Source: Macrostomum hystrix (Eukaryota > Animalia > Platyhelminthes). From it: DNA of 64,000 nt. Positions 54,126-64,000 of this stretch are shown here, one piece after another. The translations under genes and the position numbers were made by a program. Each line of letters begins with the position of its first letter. Position 1 is the stretch's first letter. Below the pieces are notes generated by a model. It saw only the letters and a list, made by a program, of their open reading frames with translations. It was not told the origin of the DNA and searched no databases. The stretch lies in contig CATNEN010000009.1 in assembly GCA_950097015.1 (NCBI GenBank), positions 558,001 through 622,000 of the forward strand, read 5' to 3'.

Positions 54126-55908
54126 TCCGTTTCATAGGGCTTTCCAGTGGATCTAGAGTTACAGCTATTCTCCACTCTGGTTACTTTTCTTTCGCAATAT
54201 CTCTTTCAAATAACTTTTTAACACGAACACTTAAAGATTCAAGCTTTCTTTATCAGAACGTATGTGCAGACAAAACGTTATTTTTCTCCCTGATTCTGCT
54301 CGTGTATTTATAGTAAATTTCTTCCTCCTCACTTCATTATAACTTCTTAAATTTTATGGGCGGTGAATTTAAACAAAATTGGTGCATTAAAACGAAAGTT
54401 GGTGCATTTAAACAAAATACTAATTTTCGCGGAAAAACATTTCTAGGAAACGAGGCCTATCTCATAGTCTATTCTCTACACATTTATTTATTGGCCTTTA
54501 AATTTAGTCACATTCCCACCTTGCCTTTGATTATGCATCAGTGTATATATATATTAAAAGATTATTTTTGTGACTTGCAACAAATTAATGTATTTTAACA
54601 AATTTATAGTATTGAAACAAACATTTAAAATTTTTGCTGAATCAGCCTATTTATTCTCAGAAATGGGTCCATTTAAACACAAAAATGGACCACAATATAC
54701 TGCAATAGACTACAGTGGGGCCAAAGATATAGTTTTCTTAATATTTTTTTCATGATATGACTTCAACAAACTCCAGATTTTTAGTTAATTTAAATAGCTT
54801 GAAAGTACAAAAGTGTAACACTTTCAAATAAATTAGATATCCTATGGTGGTTTATTAGATGCTGGTTAGGCCCATTTGATCATTATTAGCGTCAAGATGT
54901 TTTCTTCTTTTTTGTTATAACTTGACACAGTTTACAAATCACATATACTGAGAATCAGAATAACAAGCAGCCATCAGTGGCTCTTAATGTCATATTATAA
55001 AATAATAATAATTTAAAAGCTACTGTCTTTCTCCCACTCTAGTCCAGTGTGGTCCATTGCAGTCTATTGTGGTCAGTTGAGGTCCATTTTTGTGCTTACA
55101 TAGACCCATTATAAATCAGAAAAAATTGTCCCTATACAAATTTTAAGGACAAGTAGTGTATGATATATTACTTAGGATAATGACAATTATCAAAATATTT
55201 TATTTAGTATAATATATTATAATCATATGGTTGATACCTTCTATCTTGAAGTTTTTAATAGAAATATAAAAAGGCTGAGGCCTATAGGAAGTTTACCAAA
55301 ATATACTTCTTTATAGCTTTCTCTACTCTTAAATTTCAATGAATCAATTGCCCCTGCACTTGCAGAAATTGATACTTTAAAGCAAAAATATAATGATTCT
55401 ATAAATTTTGTTGAATGAATTAAGTTTAGAGCACTGTAAATTTTTTATAATTCCTTATCTTCAATAATCACAGATGCACTATTTAAATGTGCTTAATTGA
55501 TTGATTGCATGGTATATCCAAGTTCATGGACTAGCCTAGTGGGGCACCACCTTTGCCCTCAATCATACATGCACAACCTCCCAAATCTTAGCCGGCCATG
55601 CGACTTAGTTTTTGCTCTATTTACGACTCATTTCATTGCTCTATTTACAACTTAGTTTGCTCTCTTTTTCTCTCCCCTTTTTCCTTTTCTTCACGCCTTC
55701 CTTTTTTGTCCCTTGGTCCCCCTTTGCTTTTTTTGCGCTTGGTCGATTGGTTTTTGCGACTTACCTTGCTTGGTACTCGTTTCACCCGGCCGGTTCGGCT
55801 GGGTGTTGCGCATGTATGCCCTCAATCGCCCCAGGTAATGCTGGTATTCAATCAACAGCTCGATCAAACTGAAGCTTTGTTCAATGAAGTGTCACGGAGA
55901 CATTTTTC

Positions 55909-55974
55909 CAGTGGAGTCTGATTAGAACCCCTGACTTTTAAGTCATGAGTCCAATGCTCTAACCACTAGGCAAC
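55909..55974 (-). mobile_element. Degenerate tRNA-like sequence (tRNA-derived SINE head or tRNA pseudogene)
   Basis: The minus strand reads GTTGCCTAGTGGTTAGAGCATTGGACTCATGACTTAAAAGTCAGGGGTTCTAATC: A-box-like TAGTGG, CTCATGA loop and B-box-like GGTTCTAATC. The anticodon and acceptor stems do not pair well. Confidence 0.55.
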
Positions 55975-56359
55975 AGCCATTTCTACATGATTCAATAAAA
56001 AAGTAACAAAAATTGACAACTAGCTATACAATGAGCATTAAGCTTAAAACAAATGAACTTCACCGGCTACTCCATTTATCAAAGACTGTCTCTATATCCA
56101 TTCCTGGCCTTTAGTGATCTCTGCATTTAGGGAGAATATAATCTTCTTTGATCTTATTTTATATTGATCTTCTCCTACCATGATACCAAATGCCAGTTTT
56201 AGTATCAAATGTGTACATCTGTATCTCGATATCAGTATTTAATGCATATATCTGTATATATAATTTAGCCACTGCATCTTTCAAGTGATGCTTAGCTCCA
56301 ATCTGGCACTAGCAGATTGTCTTCTCTGTAAATTTTCTAGCCTATCTGCCTTTTCTCAT

Positions 56360-58824
56360 ATGTTGCAGCCACTAGGAGAAGCCCAGGCCATTGAGGCAAC
56401 TGCAGAGTCCATTTCTGAGCCGGATATGGAAGCCCAGAACCTGCCCCAGACAGCAGATCCCCTCTGCCCAAGCTGCTTGCCCTGGGAGCTGCGCGAACGC
56501 ATCCTCTGTCTGCTTGACATACGCAGCCTGCTGGCCTGCAGATGCGTCAGCCGCCCTTGGCGCGACAGTGTTGAGTCCAGCGGTGCCTGGCGGCTGCATG
56601 CCGACCGGCTCGGGCTGCCTGCTGAGCCAGAGACCTGCTTGAAGCAGCGGATCGCCCTTCTATCTGGAGTCTGTGGCAGCGTCAGCGCAGTGCAGCTGAT
56701 CATTGCGCAGGATGAGGCAGATGTCACTGTTGGCATGACATGGCGCGAGAAGATGCTGAGTGCTGTGAGTTCGAGTTGGAAGCTGCGGGGTCTCACTGGT
56801 CTGGGGTGGATTAAAGCTGATCGATCCTTCTCAATCAGCGCTGCTGATTTTTTCAGTAATTCTAGGTTAGCTACGATGCTTTAACTAGTAACGACGTAAT
56901 CGAACTAATGTGAATGAGACACAGTGACTAGCTGACTTCAGGCCTGTGGGTGAGGCACAGTGACCAGCAGACTTCAGGCCTGTGGGTGAGGCACAGTGAC
57001 CAGCTGACTTCAGGCCTGTGGGTGAGGCACAGTGACCAGCAGACTTCAGGCCTGTGGGTGAGGCACAGTGACCAGCAGACTTCAGGCCTGTGGGTGAGGC
57101 ACAGTGACCAGCAGACTTCAGACCTGTGGGTGAGGCACAGTGACCAGCTGACTTCAGGCCTGTGGGTGAGGCACAGTGACCAGCAGACTTCAGGCCTGTG
57201 GGTGAGGCACAGTGACCAGCTGACTTCAGGCCAGTTAGTGCGGCTCAGTGGCCAGCTGACTTCAGACCAGTTAGTGCGGCTCAGTGGCTAGCTGACTTCA
57301 GGCCAGTTAGTGCGGCTCAGTGGCCAGCTGACTTCAGGCCAGTTAGTGCGGCTCAGTGGCCAGCTGACTTCAGGCCAGTTAGTGCGGCTCAGTGGCCAGC
57401 TGACTTCAGGCCAGTTAGTGCGGCTCAGTGGCCAGCTGACTTCAGACCAGTTAGTGCGGCTCAGTGGCCAGCTGACTTCAGGCCAGTTAGTGCGGCTCAG
57501 TGGCCAGCAGACTTGTTAGCGGTGAGAGTGTTAGAGGTTGAGTTCAAGGCTGTGGGCGTCGGGTTCGCACTGACCAGTGGATTCCAGAATTGATCTTTTA
57601 TCTTGTATTACGTTGCTTTATGAGCCGAATGAACAATTCTTGAAGGCTAAAGTGACCGCATGCGCAATCACTCCGCAGCACTATGACTGTGACAGCCGGC
57701 AGCTCAGGCTGCTGATCTACAATCCGGATCTGAATGGAGCTCGCGTCTGCCACCTCAGTGTAAGGGGCACCGGCGCAGGCGGCGACCGTCAGACGGTGCT
57801 GACCGTTGGCCGCCATGCCGTGATACTCTGGCCATCCCAGAGCTCGCAGGACGACTGCTCCCTCCTCCTGCCTGTGCTGAATGTCAACGGCGCCACCTGG
57901 CCAATGTTCCGGCTGGACAGAAGCGTCGGCTCGCTCCTGACGTACCCCTGCGCCTGCGGCCACCGCAGACTTATCTGCTCAGTCGGCAGCGGGCTGTTGC
58001 TCTGGTCCCTACCACCGACCTCCACTCCGGCAGGGGAAGATGTTGAAGCTCTGAGTGCACTGCCGTCTCTTCGGCTGCGGCAGAGCGCCTGGCTTGAGCT
58101 GAACTCAGGCCTGATCGAAGGACTGGCCTACCTGGATTCGCCCGATGGCGACTGCGCAGGCGAGCAGCTGGCTGTTGTGGTCAGCGCCACCTCCGCCACG
58201 CTGATCCGTGTCGGCTGCCAGCAGCTGCAAGCCTTGCGTCAGCTGGAAACCCTGAGCCACCTCAGCCTGACCATCCGCAGCCTGCCTGCCTGCTTCAACA
58301 CCGTGAAGGAGTTACAAGTTGGCGATGGCAGCCACGGTGAGTATTCCGGCTACTTCCGGGTGATGCGCTACTGGCGCTCCTGGTCCGGCAGCGTCAGCTC
58401 CTGCGACTGCCGCTACCACCTGCCGCGAAATCGCATTCAGCAGCTGCTGCAGCTGGTGGACTTCAGCTCCCACTTCATGCTGCTGTTCTCCGTCAGCAGC
58501 GGCGGCCTCTGGCATGGTCGCCAGGCGGCGGTCTTATTTCGCTACGGTGTCGAAGAGCCGCTGCTGGAACTGACGGTGCCCGCAGTGTCTCGGCCGGTCA
58601 ACTGCTGCGGTCCCAGGCGGAATGCGGTGGTGCGGGAGCCCGTGCCCTGGCTTCACGGCCTGGATCCCGGCCGGCCCTTCATTCCGCTCTACCTGTCCCT
58701 GCCAGCTGGCGACCACTTCGAGCTGCTTCAGTGGGGGCTGCGCCTCACCGGACATGAAGGCAAGGTGCATCGCTTGCCAGCTCAGCTTAGCCTCAGTCGG
58801 AAGCTGCGCTGCTCGCGTACCTGA
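56360..58824 (+). CDS. F-box protein with an uncharacterised C-terminal region
   Basis: Exon 56360-56764 contains the F-box LPWELRERILCLLDIRSLLACRCVSRPWRDSV and ends GCT|GTGAGT. Exon 57646-58824 (GAAG|GCTAAA, phase 0) is in frame with the 415-aa ORF. The start codon is uncertain (56360 or 56426). Confidence 0.8.
56915..57514. repeat. 36-bp intronic minisatellite made of two successive unit variants
   Basis: CACAGTGACCAGC(A/T)GACTTCAGGCCTGTGGGTGAGG up to ~57230, then CTCAGTGGCCAGCTGACTTCAGGCCAGTTAGTGCGG. Confidence 0.95.
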
Positions 58825-59144
58825 AACAGAACCACCCTGTGTGACTGCTGCTCAAGTGCTGAGTTGCAACTCTACTCAATTATCAAGTAGACAGTCAGAT
58901 ACAGTGGTTCCTGAGTACTGAATGCTCTTTGTGTCTAATGCGCCAGTAAAACTTGTGATTCCTGACCCAGATTGTTTCTTTTGGCGCTGTTTTTTTATTC
59001 GAACTAATTTTCAATCTTATCGCTTTCACTGCGCAGTGAGTGCTCCTCGCTTTCCTACTTGCATCCAGCATGCGAAAGTATTTATAAGCAGTTTCATAGT
59101 TTTTTTTAGATTATGGTTTGCGTCATTTTAACCCAGATCTTTGG

Positions 59145-59450
59145 GATGTTAGCAGCACTGCCAGATCCTCAGGATGTTAGCAGCACTGCCAGATCCTCAG
59201 GATGTTAGCAGCACTGCCAGATCCTCAGGATGTTAGCAGCACTGCCAGATCCTCAGGATGTTAGCAGCACTGCCAGATCCTCAGGATGTTAGCAGCACTG
59301 CCAGATCCTCAGGATGTTAGCAGCACTGCCAGATCCTCAGGATGTTAGCAGCACTGCCAGATCCTCAGGATGTTAGCAGCACTGCCAGATCCTCAGGATG
59401 TTAGCAGCACTGCCAGATCCTCAGGATGTTAGCAGCACTGCCAGATCCTC
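59145..59450. repeat. 28-bp near-perfect tandem repeat, ~11 copies
   Basis: Unit GATGTTAGCAGCACTGCCAGATCCTCAG. Confidence 0.95.
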
Positions 59451-60371
59451 AAGTTTTTCATCCCTTATCTTGCTCTTTCAGTTGTCTTTATTACACTGAG
59501 CGCAGGCACTGGCAGGTGATAGTACAGTTCTTTCATATCCCAAAGTTTCGCTGTCAGATGACTTGACAGCAATATATCATTCTAACTCTGCGCTTTTCCA
59601 CCCCTGTTTTGCAACTTTTGTGGCTTTGGGAGTAACTAGGCATAGCCAATTGCAAATCCACACTGTTATATCCGTAGATTTCATCGTCTGCACTTTTCCT
59701 TTTTTAAACATGCCAGCTGTTCCGACGTTCAAATCAGTTTTTTCTATCGAGCAAGGACGCTGTCCACTTTTAAGATTGTGATAAGTCTTTCTCTAATTAT
59801 TTTTTAGCTGAAGAGTTATATTGTTACCTGCTTCAACTGATTCAACTTTAATAAACCTGCAACTCGCATTGCAAACGCTAGCGAGAGCTTGAAACGCGTG
59901 CTTCCACTCGTTTTGCCTATTGCAAAGTGTTGCATTTCACAGTCAAAGGTGCCATCTGGTCTGATCGATTTCCTTTGAGTTCATTCCAATGAGACTCGAA
60001 GACAGTTCAGAATCACAGTTAAGCTTCTCGCTCAATGCTCGCTTGCCTTTATTTACACGAAAATTGCCCGCCGAGCCGGGTGTCGACAACACAAAAAGCC
60101 ACGGCAACAACAGTAAAGCTGGCTGAAAGACACATTAGAAATAAAAAGTAAAGAAGAAAAAGCCTTGGTCAGCAGCCAGGGCCACTTAGGCATACACCTC
60201 AAATTGAAGCACAACTCCGGCCAGATTCCACCGTTTGCCAGCTGGAGAACTGAAAAAATGCCGGCGAAAATCCCAGACCCTCTGTCAGACGCTAACGAGG
60301 ACCGCTTGAACTGATAGCGTTCGAGACTCGGGAATTCAAATCAGCTGCACTTACGGCACAAATGAATCAGA

Positions 60372-60826
60372 GGGATAAACTGAATGGAACAGAAGCTGAT
60401 TGCACACCTTGGTGGCTGAACAGGGGATAAACTGACTTAAGGATTCGGGCAGAAGCTGATTGCACACCTTGGTGGCTGAACAGGGGATAAACTGACTCGT
60501 AAGGATTCGGGCAGAAGCTGAATGCACACCTTGGTGGCTGAACAGGGGATAAACTGACTCGTAAGGATTCGGGCAGAAGCTGATTGCACACCTTGGTGGC
60601 TGAACAGGGGATAAACTGACTCGTAAGGATTCGGGCAGAAGCTGATTGCACACCTTGGTGGCTGAACAGGGGATAAACTGAATGGAACAGAAGCTGATTG
60701 CACACCTTGGTGGCTGAACAGGGAATAAACTGACTCGTGAGGATTCGGGCAAAAGCTGATTGCACACCTTGGTGGCTGAACAGGGGATAAACTCACTCAT
60801 AAGGATTCGGGCAGAAGCTGAATGCA
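60372..60826. repeat. ~50-62-bp tandem repeat, ~7.5 copies
   Basis: Core CAGAAGCTGATTGCACACCTTGGTGGCTGAACAGGGGATAAACTGA with long and short linkers. Confidence 0.93.
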
Positions 60827-61246
60827 AGACCACGCAAGCTGTGATAAAAGCGAGCTCAGGCTTTTGCATCGTTAATTCGTTGTATGGACTAGAAAGCAGT
60901 ACATGTATAATGTGTAAAACCATCGTAAAGCATGGAAACTGCTATAAAGTGGACCCAGCCAGAATAGAAAAGCACAAAAAGAAAGTTCTAAATGAATAGG
61001 ACTATAGATAATGTGGAAAATCGAGGAAAATTGTGTGCGAAAGCGGTCAGTTGCTGGGAGGCTCAAGTGCTGCAGCCGCAGTCTTTAGCATGCAGTGGCG
61101 CAATGTTTAGGAGCAGACTCAGATCGATACCTTGCGTTTAAAATGGCACAGTACACAAACTGTTCAGAATTCCTGCATGGTGACCCGGCGTTTTACTTGT
61201 TCTATTGTTGCGCAACGCTTGTTAAAGTCCTCTGCGAAGATGATCC

Positions 61247-62426
61247 CTAAACAAAGACCTGCTGTTTTCCGACTGCCACCGCGAAGGATGCTGCAGTTGC
61301 CACCAAGGCACTGGCGGCCGCTATCGAAGCGGAGTTGCAGTCACGACGATCGCAGAAGCAGAGGCTGCCGCCGCGACCGCGGGACTCTTCAATGCACACC
61401 AAATAGGGCGACACCTTCTTCAGCTCCAGCTTGTTGGAGCAGGTGCGGCGAATGCGCTTCGAGTCTGCCGAAAGGGAGAGTTTAATTGGACTGCGCTCAA
61501 AGAGATCGGGTGGGTTGGGGTGAGTTTGGGTGGGTTGCAGTGAAGTTTTTGGGTTCAGGTGAGGTAGGGTGGGTTATGGTGTGGTTGGGTGGGTTAGGGT
61601 GTGGTTAGATGGGTTGGGGTGAGGTTGAGTATGTTGGGATGAGGTTGGGTAGATTCGCTCTTAGCTATTGGAGTGAGGTTGGGTGGTTTCGGGTGAGGTT
61701 AGGTGGGTTGGGGTGAGGTTAGGTGGGTTGGGGTGAGGTTAGGTGGGTTGGGGTGAGGTTAGGTGGGTTGGGGTGAGGTTAGGTGGGTTGGGGTGAGGTT
61801 AGGTGGGTTGGGGTGAGGTTGGGTGGATTGGAGTGAGGTTGGGTGGGTTGCAGTGAGGTTGGGTGGGTTGGAGTGAGGTTGGGTGGTTTGGGGTGAGGTT
61901 GGGTGGGTTGGGTGAGGTTGGGTGGGTTGTAGTGAGGTTGGGTTGGCTGGAGTCAGGTTGGGTGGGAGTGGAAAGAGATTTTGTGGGGGTGGAGTGATCG
62001 AGACTGGAAAGAGGAAAGAGGAAAGAGGATATAGCAATATGCTGCAGGTTTCCAACATTAACTTGGCCAAAGTTGAGTCTTACCGCCAGTGCCGTAGACC
62101 CACTTGCTGCAGACGCCCAGGCACTGCACGGAGGGCAGCAGGCCCTGCTTGACCAGCGCCATGTTGAATGGGTCGCCGCAGTTCGGGTCGGTTGAAGTGT
62201 CACACTCGATGCAGTTCACGTTTTGCTCTGCGGGCCACGGTAAACCCGTTTTATTCAAGAGTCTATGATCGGGAGAAGGATCAGCTAATTTACACTATAG
62301 GACATATGTACAGCATGAATTGCTCCACATGCACCAACCTCGACAGAAGTCTGGGTCCGAGCTGAACCCGAACCTGCCCAAAGAGCACTGGCAGGTGAGC
62401 ACCAAGAACCAGAGTTGCCACTGCAT
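61247..62426 (-). CDS. GPI-anchored Ly6/uPAR three-finger protein (quiver/sleepless-like)
   Basis: Exons 62426-62339 (signal-like MQWQLWFLVLTCQCSLG), 62227-62084 (NCIECDTSTDPNCGDPF..QCLGVCSKW) and 61464-61247 (IRRTC..VCIEE..LCFCDRRDCN plus a hydrophobic GPI signal). Phases are 1/1 and consistent. Confidence 0.88.
61505..61970. repeat. ~20-bp G-rich intronic minisatellite (GGTGAGGTT(A/G)GGTGGGTTGG)n in Ly6 intron 2
   Basis: Direct reading. Confidence 0.93.
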
Positions 62427-64000
62427 GCCTGAAAAGCAGGGCATCATTTCGCCACAAAAGCATCTGCATGAAGTATCGACTGTATAATTTCATAAGTCCA
62501 TAGTTACTCAGTATTAATAATCACCAAATCAATTTACAAAAGTGCATGCTGCCTTTATTTACTTAAAAACTTAAAAACTTACTTAAAAGTAGATAAACTT
62601 AAAAAAGCCATGGTCACACGAGGAAATGAGTAAAAATAAGCAAACAATTACGCTCGTGGCTAGTATTTAGGTTCATTTCAGCTGCATAGTTTTTATATCG
62701 AATTAATAAGTCAAACAGATAACAGCATTTCACTAAAGCCGTTGTCAACAGACTGAAAACCAAAAAACATTTTGTCTACGTGAAACATAATATTTTAAAT
62801 ACGCCTGCCACAACTATTTTATCTCTAAAAAATCTTGATGAGCTGAAAAGTTTATCGAGTCATATGAACATGTAATATATATTTTTAATGTTTCGATTCG
62901 TGCAACTGTTGACAGCCATTTAAGGCATATTGACTTTTTACAGTCATTGGCGGCTTAAAATATCCTAAATGCCCTCCACTAAAAATAATATAATTTTTTA
63001 CTGATAACTGCTGCCATTAAATATAGCTTTTTAAAGCTAAATACAAAGTGATAAAACAATTGATTATGTATTTTTGGATGTGTTAATACACGATAAAGTG
63101 ACTTGCGATCATATTTTCTACCAAAAGCATGAACTAAAAGCAAAATACCTGGATTCCAATAAATATTAGGTTTTGAGATAGAAAGAATAAAATAATGACT
63201 GAATATTAGCCAGTAGTAAGCAATTCCTGAAAAAATTTTCAAGTTATTAGACAGCGTTGAAGGTCTGATGTCTAAATTAAATTCCACGAAGATTAAAAAC
63301 AACATTTAAAAATCTGCGCATTATTAAACTATAAGAAAAAACCCAAATAAATCCTTTGTTCTGCCTGTCGATTTATTAAGAAACCAAATAGTAATGCTTT
63401 ATAATCATAAAAATTTACTGTCAACTTGCTTTGATCTCATTACTTCAAAATTTTCGCATTTAGAAAGCTTTTCAATTTAGGGACATTCACTCACGACATA
63501 TAAACGGAATTTTTTTCTATAAATTTTTATGTTTAGAATTTAATATACAGAACTTATTATACATTATGTGGTATTGATTGCTACCTCTTATGAATAAAAT
63601 ATATACAAAAGACTGAATTTATATCTATGTGACATTTTACTTAAATCAGAAATGTGTTCGAATCTTAAAATATTTTAGTACAGTAATTAACACATCATAT
63701 CTTTAGTGTTTTTTGACAGTACTAAGTATATGCATTCCAGAATGACTAGTGGCGAGTAAGTTCATGTTTCTATATTATAAACATATAATTCAAGTACAAA
63801 TATTTCATAGATGTTTTGATTTTGTACAATCTATTTTCTCCTAAATTTGTACTTTTCTTTATTTGTGCATTTACAAAGAGCAAGTAGGTTTTGGGCTTCA
63901 CAAAATATATTTCCTTGATTAAAAAGCAATGTTTACTTTGTAAATATAAACTATGACTTTACTTTTAAAGAATCTGAAAAAGCATTTGTGTATAGTTTTC

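Overview
This is eukaryotic (animal) genomic DNA. GC-rich exons, GTGAGT donors, minisatellite-filled introns and an ankyrin-Mab21 gene suggest a free-living flatworm such as Macrostomum; that assignment is inference only. Spliced genes reconstructed by hand: the 3' end of a TRPC channel, a GLUT/SLC2A transporter, an unknown Q-rich gene, a highly divergent alpha-tubulin tail-to-tail with alpha-tubulin acetyltransferase (ATAT1/MEC-17), an RS/Pro-rich SCAF/PHRF1-like gene with an SRI-like end, a PHOSPHO1/2-like probable pseudo-phosphatase, a C21orf58/DUF4587-like gene, an F-box gene and a GPI-anchored Ly6/quiver-like gene. There is also a decayed intronless ankyrin-Mab21 (cGAS-like receptor family) gene. 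Mobile DNA: a 5'-truncated RT-RNaseH LINE inside an identical 495-bp direct repeat, a rearranged 1.8-kb Gypsy with a 5-bp TSD, CCAYAGA-ended MITE-like elements and a tRNA-like SINE head. About 18 tandem arrays are present, and most long ORFs in the supplied track are artefacts of them. Best leads: (1) an alpha-tubulin lacking K40 and the acidic tail next to the K40 acetyltransferase, whose intron carries a tubulin-derived antisense fragment; (2) an intron built from ~37 copies of its own 3' splice site; (3) an ANK-cGLR with the catalytic lobe deleted; (4) a very long target-site duplication with a templated filler.
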